DNA of 64,000 nt from Macrostomum lignano (Eukaryota): contig NIVC01000764.1 of assembly GCA_002269645.1 (NCBI GenBank), forward strand, positions 62,001-126,000. Direction: 5' to 3'. How positions within the stretch are numbered: the first letter of the stretch is position 1; each line of letters starts with the position of its first letter. The notes under the pieces were generated by a model that ran no database searches, was not told the origin of the DNA, and worked only from the letters and a program-made list of their open reading frames with translations. Position numbers and translations under genes: made by a program. Below, piece by piece: positions 12,691 to 24,837 of the stretch.

Positions 12691-14608
12691 AAAGAAGCCG
12701 GAAGGCATTGACATCAAATTTCGCAGTAAAGATGCGTATAAGAAGTTGGTGATTCAAGATTTTATGAGTAGCCTCTCTATATTTAACAGCGGGTTGTACT
12801 TTGTGAGCGCCTTATACAAACTAAACAAGGAACAGGAACAAGCTCAACAGGAACGAAAACTTCTGGAGAACAGCGTGGCATACGTATGAGTTTCGACAGT
12901 CCAGTTATAAGTAGACCTACTTATACTGTGGATACTAATTGATACTACTGAATTGGTGATCTGCTGCGAGCTGGTGCTGAGTCGCAGGTCGGACCTGCTG
13001 TACTCGGACGCGACTCTGATGGCAGTCGATGCGTGAGCCAGACGTTTGAAAGATCGGGTCGCGCGCGTGGAAGGCGATTAATGAGACCACTGACGGGGGC
13101 TTGCATTATATGCCGGCGCAATGGAACGACTCTGCAATATTAAAGTTAAATTAAATGGCGATGGAAGGCAGTTTCTCCAAAATATACACAGTTATAAAGA
13201 AACAGTAATGTACATACAGGTGATAGAACATACGTCGATAGAATTGTCATTCGTAGCATAGTCGTCGTCCGGAATCAACTGGCTTTCGTTGATCGGCTGC
13301 TCGTAGACCGGAGACAAAGTGAATGGTGTATCATCTGATGCGCCGGCTCGCGCGGCGCTGGCTTCGTTGCGTCCACGAAATGCCGACTACGCTGGAAACT
13401 CTTACCTGATTGTTTTCGCAATCCCGTGTGCCAACGGTAATATCCAACCGACTTGGCGTTGCAGATGTCGCTAGTGCGATGGACGATCGTCCAACGGCGT
13501 CATCAACTGCGTCGTTCGAAGCAGTGACACCCTCCGGAAAAAGTGGCTGACAAGATTGCCGACACTCATGGTCTGTAACGACTACTCTCTTGACTTGTTC
13601 GAGGATTTATTAAATCTCGACAAGATTACCGACACTCGTAGTCTGTAACGACTACTCTCTTGACTTGTTCTGCTCACGGCTGGTGCAACTGCAAACGCCT
13701 TAGACAAACCAATGGAGCATGCACCGAAAAAAATCGGATTAGCGTCTATCTTAATAGGAAAGCTGCTTTGCATACTGGGCCAGTTAGAGCTATTTGGAAC
13801 CATGCCACAGTCTCCGTCTAGACACCCAGCTGTGCCAAACAATATGGTTGGCTGACTCATGCTTCTAAGCGTCAAATAAGACGATAGAATCATTCAGCCC
13901 GTTGACACACTAAGCAGCTGTGACAGACTGCATGCCAGTGGTAGTCAAACCTCTCGCACACAAACAGGGCGCAACAATTTTTCAATTGTCACCTGTACGG
14001 AGGATGGGCACAGCCTCACATTACGGACGCTACAGTGCCTCCGAAAAGCAGATCAATTCACCTTGCAATTTCGAGGCTTTATTACCCCTCGGATTAAAGA
14101 TTGACCCGCGTAGTCAAATAAAAGTGACTACTCTTAGCAGCTGCCTTGAGCCACAACAGACGCGAGGTTTGATTACCCCTCGTAGGTCAGCATTTTCAGT
14201 CAACTGCTCAACTTTGATTCATCGGTTGAAGCGGGGTTCAATTATCCCTCACTGGTGGCCATACACCAACACTGCAGACGCTTTAGACAACCCAATGGAG
14301 CATGCTCTAGCAAGAGCTAGAATAACGTCTGTCTTAAAAAAAGGCTACCTTAGAACTGGGCCAGTAGGAGCTTTTGGAACCATGCCACAGCTCCATCTAG
14401 ACACCCAGCTGCACCAGATAATAGGGTAATCTGATACACTAAGTAACCGCGACAGACTACATGCCATTGGGAGTCAAACCTCTCCAGCACAATAAGAATG
14501 CAATAGTTTGTCGGAGAGCCAACAAAGCTATCACCTGCAGGGAGGGTGGGCACGGCCTCACATTACGAGCGCTAGCGTTTGCTGATATATGGCACTTTAC
14601 CCCTCGCA

Positions 14609-16550
14609 GGTCAGCTTAGCAGCTGCCTTGAGTCCCAACAGAAGCGAGGATTGATTATCCATCGCAGGTCAGCATATCAGCTGCCTTGAGCCACAACAGA
14701 AGCGAGGATTGATTATCCATCGCAGGTCAGCTATTAGCTGCCTTGAGCCACAACAGAAGCGAGGATTGATTATCCATCGCAGGTCAGCTTATGAGCTGCC
14801 TTGAGACACAACAGAAGCGAGGATTGATTATCCATCGCAGGTCAGCTTATGAGCTGCCTTGAGACACAACAGACGCGAGGATTGATTATCCATCGCAGGT
14901 CAGCTTATTAGCTGCCTTGAGCCACAACAGAAGCGAGGATTGATTATCCATCGCAGGTCAGCTTATTAGCTGCCTTGAGCCACAACAGAAGCGAGGATTG
15001 ATTATCCATCGCAGGTCAGCTTATTAGCTGCCTTGAGCCACAACAGAAGCGAGGATTGATTATCCATCGCAGGTCAGCTTATGAGCTGCCTTGAGTCCCA
15101 ACAGAAGCGAGGATTGATTATCCATCGCAGGTCAGCTATTAGCTGCCTTGAGCCACAACAGAAGCGAGGATTGATTATCCATCGCAGGTCAGCTATTAGC
15201 TGCCTTGAGCCACAACAGAAGCGAGGATTGATTATCCATCGCAGGTCAGCTTATGAGCTGCCTTGAGTCCCAACAGAAGCGAGGATTGATTATCCATCGC
15301 AGGTCAGCTATTAGCTGCCTTGAGCCACAACAGAAGCGAGGATTGATTATCCATCGCAGGTCAGCTTATGAGCTGCCTTGAGCCACAACAGAAGCGAGGA
15401 TTGATTATCCATCGCAGGTCAGCTTATGAGCTGCCTTGAGTCCCAACAGAAGCGAGGATTGATTATCCATCGCAGGTCAGCTATTAGCTGCCTTGAGCCA
15501 CAACAGAAGCGAGGATTGATTATCCATCGCAGGTCAGCTTATGAGCTGCCTTGAGTCCCAACAGAAGCGAGGATTGATTATCCATCGCAGGTCAGCTATT
15601 AGCTGCCTTGAGTCCCAACAGAAGCGAGGATTGATTATCCATCGCAGGTCAGCTTATGAGCTGCCTTGAGACACAACAGACGCGAGGATTGATTATCCAT
15701 CGCAGGTCAGCTTATGAGCTGCCTTGAGTCCCAACAGAAGCGAGGATTGATTATCCATCGCAGGTCAGCTATTAGCTGCCTTGAGTCCCAACAGAAGCGA
15801 GGATTGATTATCCATCGCAGGTCAGCTTATGAGCTGCCTTGAGCCACAACAGAAGCGAGGATTGATTATCCATCGCAGGTCAGCTATTAGCTGCCTTGAG
15901 TCCCAACAGAAGCGAGGATTGATTATCCATCGCAGGTCAGCTTATGAGCTGCCTTGAGACACAACAGACGCGAGGATTGATTATCCATCGCAGGTCAGCT
16001 TATGAGCTGCCTTGAGTCCCAACAGAAGCGAGGATTGATTATCCATCGCAGGTCAGCTATTAGCTGCCTTGAGTCCCAACAGAAGCGAGGATTGATTATC
16101 CATCGCAGGTCAGCTTATGAGCTGCCTTGAGCCACAACAGAAGCGAGGATTGATTATCCATCGCAGGTCAGCTATTAGCTGCCTTGAGTCCCAACAGAAG
16201 CGAGGATTGATTATCCATCGCAGGTCAGCTTATGAGCTGCCTTGAGTCCCAACAGAAGCGAGGATTGATTATCCATCGCAGGTCAGCTATTAGCTGCCTT
16301 GAGTCTTAACAGAAGCGAGGATTGATTATCCATCGCAGGTCAGCTTATGAGCTGCCTTGAGCCACAACAGAAGCGAGGATTGATTATCCATCGCAGGTCA
16401 GCTATTAGCTGCCTTGAGTCCCAACAGAAGCGAGGATTGATTATCCATCGCAGGTCAGCTTATGAGCTGCCTTGAGCCACAACAGAAGCGAGGATTGATT
16501 ATCCATCGCAGGTCAGCTTATGAGCTGCCTTGAGCCACAACAGACGCGAA
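14609..16550. repeat. 57/58-bp tandem array with an internal hairpin, about 33 copies
   Basis: Unit AGCTGCCTTGAGYCMCAACAGAAGCGAGGATTGATTATCCATCGCAGGTCAGCT(T)ATK. Confidence 0.95.
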
Positions 16551-16929
16551 GTCCAGTCTTATCCATAACTTCATCGAGATTCGAGTCAATGGGAGCTGAT
16601 CCCTGTGGATTTGCCGAATCACTTGGTCTAGATCACTGAGGAATTCCGACTGAACTCCTGAAATCTCATCCAGAACATTTTCATTTGGAAAACCTGAAAT
16701 TTGGGTCTACAATTAGAATTTAGCAGTGTTCAAGGTGAAAATTTTCGGAAAATGCAGCCGGAACAGCTTTCCTTTTTGCCGAACTTTTGCAGGATCACAT
16801 TTCCGGAAAAAAGGGGCTATTCCAGGCTAAAAATGCTGATCCGGGCCTTCACTTGGAAATCAATTAAATTAGGCCTGGATCACGAAATTCTGAAAAAAAT
16901 TATGGGTGAAAAGTACGAGTACAACGGGT

Positions 16930-17830
16930 TCTTACAGACCGGATAACACAAAGGCATCTTGATTGAAATCTTTTTCCATTATCTGGTTTGCAAACCAGAT
17001 TTGCATCCTGTTATCCGGTAAATTTCAGATTCACACAGGTTTCTTACAGACTAGATAATGCACAGTTATCCTGATTTAAATCTTGTACTGTTATCTGCCT
17101 TTCAAACAAGATTTGCGCCATGTTATCCTGTGAAATTCCGATCCAAACAAGATTCAATCAACCAAGAAAACAAAAAATTACCTGATGGCGAATCTTGTAC
17201 TGTTATCTGATTTTCAAACAAGATTCGCACCATGTTATCCTGTGAAATTCCGATTCAAACAAGATTCAATCAAACAAGAAAACAAAAAATTATCTGGTGG
17301 CGAATCTTGTCATGTAATCTGATTTCTAAGCAAGATTCGGGCCATGTTATCTGGTGAAATTCAGATAACTCACCAGATAACAGTCAAACAAGAAAACAAA
17401 AAATTATCTGGTGGCGAATCTTGTCATGTAATCTGATTTCTAAGCAAGATTCGGGCCATGTTATCTGGTGAAATTCAGATAACTCACCAGATAACAGTCA
17501 AACAAGAAAACAAAAAATTATCTGGTGGCGAATCTTGTCATGTAATCTGATTTCTAAGCAAGATTCGGGCCATGTTATCTGGTGAAATTCAGATAACTCA
17601 CCAGATAACAGTCAAACAAGAAAACAAAAAATTATCTGGTGGCGAATCTTGTCATGTAATCTGATTTCTAAGCAAGATTCGGGCCATGTTATCTGGTGAA
17701 ATTCAGATAACTCACCAGATAACAGTCAAACAAGAAAACAAAAAATTACCTGGTGACGAATCTGGTGGTTTCACCAGTTTCGCAACTCAAACAAGGAAAT
17801 CGGTAGTGAATCTGACAAGATTCGCAAATT
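16930..17830. repeat. 114-bp subterminal tandem array (4-5 clean copies plus degenerate copies)
   Basis: CAGTCAAACAAGAAAACAAAAAATTATCTGG recurs every 114 bp and shares CCAGATAAC/CAAGATTC motifs with the left array and the TIR. Confidence 0.9.
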
Positions 17831-18429
17831 ATCTTGTGGTGTTATCTGGTTTATTTACCAGAGGGTGACCAATTATTATTTTTTAATTATTGATATATTA
17901 ACATTTTCTTACATCCTAATAAACCCTTGCTTGTGCAAGAATGATAGAATGTGAAATGTACTTAATTAGATAGGGCCTATACAAATATTTTTTAAAACTA
18001 AAATAAAAAATTATTCAAAGCCATATTTTAGATCATGTAGTAATGTAGGCCTATATGCCCAAAAATTTCGGTGTACAATTGACATGCATAACTCCTAAGA
18101 AAATATTGTATGTGCATACCTGGCATGAACTCTTTATGACCTCTTTTAAATGATTTTCTTAAATCAATTTAAGTAAATTGTTATTTCTTAATTAATTTAA
18201 GTAAATGACCTCTTTTGAATAGTGTAATAGACCTTTTTTGGGAAATAATTTGGTTTATTTTTATGCACTCTCAGCAATACTTTTTGTAACTTTGTAAAAG
18301 TAACTTATACTTATAGGAAATAATTATAGGTTTATATTTTTATTTCTAGGTACAATATAGGTACAATATTACTAAAATAAAAAGCTAACTAAATAATTCT
18401 AATCAACCTTTCTCATTTTTTTTCTCAGA

Positions 18430-20260
18430 TTGTTGCACTCGTAGCATTTTTGGACTGTGCAAGTGAGGAGCAACTGGTGTGCGAACACTGGCTAAGGGAC
18501 TTAAGAAGGAAGTTGAGAGTCGATTTCGGGATGTCCTTCAGCTGGACGATGATCTGCTCCTTGCTGCAACAGTGCTAGACCCACACTACAAAATATCAGG
18601 CATTTGCGATCCTGTCTCTGCAGCTAAAGCTACTGCCGCAATGAATGCTAAGCTCCAGCAGATTTTTCTCCGCAACCACATGAGCTTCCAGGGTGACTAT
18701 GCCTCTGCCTCTGACACCGTCATTATTGATGACAATTCATCTAGATCTAGCTGTGGTACAACAGTTGCTACTCAAGACAATGAGCTATTTTAGCCATCCA
18801 ACCAACCAAGGCTCCGACCATTGATGCTGGAAGATTTCGACCCAATAAAATAGTCCTCTGAGCAGCCTAGGGAGAACAGCAAGGAGCAGCAACCGGTAGA
18901 AGTAGAGTTTGCCGAACAATTTAAGCGCTACCTTGGTGAGCCAGGTAAGTTTTTACTTTCACTTGTACTTGGTTATTTTTGCATTCGTTTTTTTAATTTT
19001 ATGTACATAGGGCCTCCAATACACTTAAGTTAAACCCTGTTGCAAATCCTTTCTGTACAATGGAATCTAAAGAACTCAAATTGAAAGTAATAGAGAAACT
19101 GAAATCAATTTCACATTTTACTTAAGTTCTTATACTTATATACATATTTCTAATACAGTGTTTCCAATACTAGCTAGAGGTGTCAAACAACAAGCAGCAG
19201 CAACACTCCGATTTTGGGCGACATCCGGCTTTGGCCATGTGCAATTTCCGGTCTTGGGCATCCTTGCCCGCTGCCTATTGGCCGTGCCACCTACCAGTGC
19301 AGATGCTGAACGCCTTTTCAGTGCAGCAGGCAGTACGGTTACAAAGAAGCATAACCGACTGAGTCCAGAGGGAGCCAAGAGGCTTTTTTTATTGAGAACA
19401 ATTTAAATTTAAAATAACTATGATTAACTCAACTGTATTTCTCCACAATAAGCATGCTGCAGTAGGTGATTATTAGGTGCTAGTACCTTATAGCTATAGC
19501 CTGGTGCTATCTTTACCTTTAGTAATGTTTTTAATTTTTTTATTTTTACTATCTCATTGTTCTGATTTCATAGTTTTGCCATATAGCCCATTAGGCATTA
19601 TCTTTTTGCCACTACATGTATCTTGTTCTGCTGCCACTATTTTGTTGAAAACAAGTTTTTTACTTTTTATTTTTACCATCTTTTTGCTGTATGATTATGA
19701 TTGAAAATTGATTGAAACCAAAGAAGACAATAGACAATGCAATAAAATGAAAAAGAAAAAAATGTAACATGCAATTTCTTAGTCATTGGAAATTTTGAAG
19801 CAGCTTTATTTGAACAAATTCATATATTTATCTAATGATATTAAACATACACATTGACCTTGGCACGTCAGTCATAGATTCATATTGTAGCGAAACAAAA
19901 CAGAATCACAAGACAGAAAACTGAAAAAGGCACCAAGCACACAATTGCATACAACAATGCTATAGAATACTTAAAGATATTATATTTACAAAAAAAATAA
20001 ATGAATATTAATGCATGAACAAACAACAAGTAGGTTTTATTGCTATTCTTTTATCCTTTTTTATCTGTCCTTTTCTGTCTGCCCCACTTTTCATGCAAAA
20101 ATATCAATTTTTGTTATACATTATGGCTATAGTTATGGCAAATTACGGTTATGGACTTTTTTAGCCTGTAATGACGGCAAAATTCGGCTACAGAAGTTGC
20201 TTCTTTCTTACGGCTACGGTTACAGTTACGGAGGTCAAAACTCGCGGCGGCGGAACACTA
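18430..20260 (+). mobile_element. Decayed hAT transposon: C-terminal transposase exons and right terminus
   Basis: AATVLDPHYK motif; C-terminal dimerisation domain FPVLGILARCLLAVPPTSADAERLFSAAGSTVTKKHNRLSPE; intron ~18944-19158; in-frame stops near 18791 and 18851. The right end ...CGGCGGCGGAACACTA is preceded by short ACGG/GTTAC subterminal repeats. Confidence 0.85.
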
Positions 20261-21610
20261 AAATTTGAGTTCGAGATCCAGCATCAAAAATCAAGTCAGC
20301 ATCAGAATGCCAACAGTCTCTCGAGACAGCCCAAGGACGACGCCAAATGTTTAGAGGAGGCTCAACATGAGGCAGCTGATGAGGACCAAAGTAAGCAGCC
20401 AGCCGCAATAACTGGCACAGCAGCGCCGAAGGTCCATGACAGTGGCCACCCTAGCCTTCCACCAAGCAAGAAGCAACCAACCTGCTGGAATTGACGGAAA
20501 CTGCCAATGAAGCCAAAGGAGTCCAATGGTGAGGCTATGCCGCCAGCAAAATCAACAGCTGACAGCAAGCCGCTGATAGCGCTGCACCCACCAGCGACGA
20601 AGCTGAGGCCATCAGCCTGCCCTTTTTCGAGACTCACAGAGGTCGCCTACTAGCTTTAGCAGCACAACATGTTGCCCTTCAAGGAGCCACCATCTACTAG
20701 CTAAAGGCAACAAGGACAGCAACCACAGCGCAGCCAATAACGACCACTGCCAACCCGCTTGCCATCCTAAGTTCAAGAAAGTGAGTTTCAGCCTTGATGC
20801 TAATAGTTCTGCTAACTCACTCTCATCTGCTGACGAGTCCAATTCCGACAAAAGGGATGCCGAAATGACCAACAAGGATTGGCCTTCAAATTTTTCAATG
20901 ACCCGGCAACCGGCCAGAGTAGTGATTGTGCGGAAGGAGCTCCAGACCCTGAACCATGTAGCCACAGCCGAAGCCGGGTCGACTAGTTTGACTAACAGAT
21001 GCCAAACCTTGAACTTAACTGATCACATCCCGAGACCAGTCACTCGAGAGGAGCTCCAGACTCATCAATGTGCTGACTCTGCCATGGGAATGATGATCAA
21101 CCTTATCGAAAGTTGACTACCGAAGCCACCACTAAATCAGCATTTAAATCTAACAAGAGAAGAGCAAAATCTCTTTGTAGCATTCTATGAGCAATTGGAA
21201 GTCTGAGGCGACGGACTATTAGTCATCCATCTCGACGATATTGGCGAGGAGGACAAAGCGAGGATTGTATTGTCAAAGAGTCTCGATGCCACGGTGTTTG
21301 CCAACCTGCATGGTTTGCCCTACTGCAGACACATGGGCCGAGATCTTACTATCGCAGAGGTGCGCAAGAGGTTCTGGCAACCTGCCCTGCCTTGCCCTGT
21401 CTGACTATGTCGCTTCCTACTAGACCTGCACTCAAAGCAAAGGATGGCAATGTATCCCAGTGCATGTACAGTCATTTCCGGTCTGCGAAGTCTATGGGCA
21501 ATGCGCGATCAACATCATGGGCCCCACTGGAGACCCGACAGACTGAGGCAATAAGTACATCATAACCTACATCAATACTACGTTGAAATATCCATTTCTC
21601 TTTTCCTTAT
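20261..21610 (+). mobile_element. Ty3/Gypsy pol fragment (end of RNase H, integrase zinc finger, start of integrase core), pseudogenised
   Basis: EFEIQHQKSSQHQNANSLSRQP (RNase H end); HMGRDLTIAEVRKRFWQP (H2C2 region); AINIMGPTGDPTD*GNKYII (integrase core start); stops and frameshifts. Confidence 0.85.
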
Positions 21611-22817
21611 GCTTTCCGGATAAAAAAACAGGCATCAAATTTTAATTTCAATGTACTTTTCCTTATGCTACAGGGATAAAAGCAATTTCTTTTTTCCTTA
21701 TGCTTTCTGAATAAAAGCATGTGTTAAATTTTACTTTCAATGTACTTTTCCTTCTGCTTCAGGGATAAAAGCAATTTCTCTTTTCCTTATGCTTTCTGGC
21801 TAAAAGCAGCGTTTTGAATCTTTTAGTTCTCATGTATAGTGAAATTCTCATCTAACCAATGTGATCGATATTTATTCAACGCGTCAATCTTTAATCAATG
21901 CGATACAGTATTTTGTGTTTTATCTGCTTCTGCGAATCCCTGTTCATTGTAAACTTCTTCGCACACAACCAAAGTGCAGAGGTATCCCCCTTTTTTCCTT
22001 ATGCTTTCAGGAGAAAAGCAGTTAATTATTGTAAACCTTCCAGTTCAATTAAAACTGAAGGTCCTTTTTTTCTCTCTGCTATTTGGTGAGCCTGCTGTCT
22101 AAAGGCCAATTTTGTCTATGCCCCATTCAGGTCAAGCGCCTCGGATCTAGGCCTTGTTCTCAGCGGAGGGCATTTGAGATGATTTGACCCCTGTTCTTTG
22201 TTTGATTTTGCTTGAGCCTGGGAACACTGTAAGGGCCTCCAATTTTGGCTCCCCTCTCCCAGTGCCAGAGGTAGCCCCTGTTTCATTATAACTCCCTATG
22301 GAGCCTCTGCATGCCATATCGGTAGCTAACCTACTTTATTCTAACATTATCAATAGTAAGGAGCCCGCCTTTGCTCCCTTATTACTTTATTTTATTTTAG
22401 CTGTTGTTTATGCATTAACCAGTCTTTTTTAATTGCTCTCCTCCATTTGATGTGAGCTGTTTAAGGCTTTTAAGGCCCTAATTCATTCTAAGTTAGACCC
22501 CTTACTGCGGTTAGCTATCTGTTTTATTACTCTGTGATTTGTCACCTACCCCACCTCCATGTGTGCCCACCATAGAGTGCATTCTGGGCAGTGACTGGTG
22601 CCCTGTTCCAATGCGTGAATTCCCCTTATTCATTGCTTGGGCAGCCACTTGCATATATAAGGCAGCTAAGTGCCCCTCACTGTTGTTAATTTTATAAATT
22701 TCTCCATGCGCTTAGCCAAAATCCAATCTGCCTCCTATATTCCATTGTCCTAATCATCTTCCTGTATATGTTTTTCATTGTTGCCCTAATTGCTTTATCA
22801 TTTGTTCAATCTGCAAC

Positions 22818-23279
22818 ATGATGTCCAGCAACCTGGCATCTGAAGGTGCTACTGGCCGGACCCCAGACCTCGAGGCCGCATTTGCCCAAGCCTCCTGGTT
22901 CCAGCCCAAGGAAGTGCTCACTCTGCGCGCCCTGACCTCTACCTCTGAGGGCAAGGCACCAGCCCAAATCCGATTGCAACAGGCACTTGATGCAGCCATG
23001 CTCCAGGCAGTGAGCAAAAGCCGCATAAGAATCGACGCCCAATGGCAGACTATGTTCGGCTTAATGCAGCCATCTGCAGCCAAGGAGATTTTGGACAGCT
23101 ACATAGCCAGCGTGGAGGAAAGCCTCTACCAAGGGCAGAGCCCCCAACTAGCCCTAGCTTTACTATTGACCCTTGCCCTACATGGAGGCCGGCCTCCTCA
23201 AGAATGGCTGGGACCTCCATCTAAAAGCATACTGGGATGCCACCATGGAGATATATCCCAAAAGACTATAGCTCATTGA
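22818..23279 (+). CDS. Orphan 153-aa ORF, non-repetitive and helical-looking; possibly TE-derived
   Basis: ATG-initiated open frame in a GC-richer island within AT-rich DNA. No family recognised. Confidence 0.3.
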   Translation: MMSSNLASEGATGRTPDLEAAFAQASWFQPKEVLTLRALTSTSEGKAPAQIRLQQALDAAMLQAVSKSRIRIDAQWQTMFGLMQPSAAKEILDSYIASVEESLYQGQSPQLALALLLTLALHGGRPPQEWLGPPSKSILGCHHGDISQKTIAH

Positions 23280-24089
23280 CAGCCAGCTGCGCATTTATGG
23301 CTGGCCCCTAGCTCCATTGTGATTAGTCTGTGTGATTTCTGGCTTGATTCGTGCGAATGCAATGCTAACCAGTTTCGAAGGAAAAACCCTAACTTTTCAA
23401 CAATATTTACTGTTTAAAAAAGAAATCTTCTCTTTCCATCTTAGATGCCTACTTTTGGCATGCAAAGCCAATGCATGCCTGATTTTTTGGACATATACAA
23501 TATGATCTATTGATCCAGAATATGGCCTATATGATATAACCTTTAGGCCTAATATTAATAGAAAAAAGGTATTTGATTAAAATAATTAGACATTGCACAA
23601 ATAAACATTTCTTGGAAATAAGCATATTTAAAAAGCACAGGATGGCCTATAAATAAAAACTCAATTAAAATAGAAAATCTAGGCCTAAGCCTAACTAATA
23701 TGCATTGACTAGCCTAATACTGTTATACTAAAATAGCCTAGGCCCTATTTAAAAAAATGATAATACACAATTGTTCTTCCTTTATTGTTGCCAAATTTGT
23801 TTATTACCAAATGGGTCAGCACCCAGTCATATTTTATTTATTTAGATTTTAAATTAATTTTGAGACTTATTTATGACATAAAGAATGAAACAAATTTAGT
23901 TATTACATATCTATCATATCATGTATTAAAGAAATAGCTTATGTGCCTATGCTATAAATTTTATAATATAACAAAAAACCTAACCTTAATGATACTAGTT
24001 AAAGTTATCATTTACTTTCAATTAGCAATGAATGCTAATAATAGAAATAGATACTTATAATTCATGTTGCATGCCTAGTAAAAGCTTTA

Positions 24090-24837
24090 GGCAGTGCTTA
24101 TCCCCACGGTACCGTAGGAATAATTTCTGTCTTATTCCAATGGTACCGTGGGGATAATTTTCTGCTTATCCGCACGGCACACTGACGAGATAGCTGCCTA
24201 TCTTCTACATATGCCGTGGGTTCATAATTTAGTTTAGTACTTACGGTTTGAGTGCAATATAACAACATAACTTTGCTTGGCTACTATTTTGATAGAAGTA
24301 AAGATTTAATGGCCTTTTTACGCAAAAAAACACTTTTTTGTATTTATGACGTATGATTTAAGATGAATTGCTCTAGTAATTGTTTACAATTTAAGAACTT
24401 TTAGCAACTAGTCTAATTCTTAATCTAATCTTACTACTACTAACTCGCGGCAAATCGTCTTTATAAACTTCTATTTCGAAAACTTTTCCAAATACATAGC
24501 TCTATAATATATTGGCCAAACAGGCTAATTGCCTGAGCCAAATTCTCTTACTACTACTTCTCTTACTACTAATCCCGACATCCCCGAAAAGTCCATTGCC
24601 GCTGCTTCTGTAGACTTCTTACTAGACATGTAAATTCTCAATTTGTTTGTATAGATTATTGCATTGCTTCAACAATTCACCCGTGCGGATAAGCAGAAAA
24701 TTATTCCCACGGCATATGTAGAAGATGGGGCAGCTATCTCGTCAATGTGCCGTGCGGATAAGCAGAAAATTATCCCCACGGTACCGTTGGAATAAGACAG
24801 AAATTATTCCTACGGTACCGTGGGGATAAGCACTGCC
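24090..24837. mobile_element. MULE/Mutator-type MITE, ~125-bp TIRs, 9-bp TSD AAAGCTTTA
   Basis: GGCAGTGCTTATCCCCACGGTACC... at 24090 is inverted at ...GGTACCGTGGGGATAAGCACTGCC (24837). An identical 9-mer lies at 24081-24089 and 24838-24846. Confidence 0.88.

Larger units (their letters stand above)
11071..17865. mobile_element. Non-autonomous DNA transposon, CMC/EnSpm-like: 37-bp perfect TIRs, CCC...GGG ends, 2-bp TSD (TG)
   Basis: CCCTCTGGTAAATAAACCAGATAACACCACAAGATAA at 11071-11107 has an exact reverse complement at 17829-17865. TG flanks both ends. Both ends carry subterminal tandem arrays. No transposase ORF is recognisable. Confidence 0.8.

Noticed and set aside
14609-16550. CRISPR-like regular array with hairpins
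   Set aside because: No unique spacers, no cas genes, and a eukaryotic context. The same applies to the 103-bp, 114-bp and 200-bp arrays.
6770-16550. Hammerhead ribozyme in the structured repeats
   Set aside because: I could not find the CUGANGA plus GAAA core in a suitable arrangement on either strand.
11071-17865. piggyBac assignment from the CCC...GGG ends
   Set aside because: No TTAA target duplication; the flanks show TG/TG.
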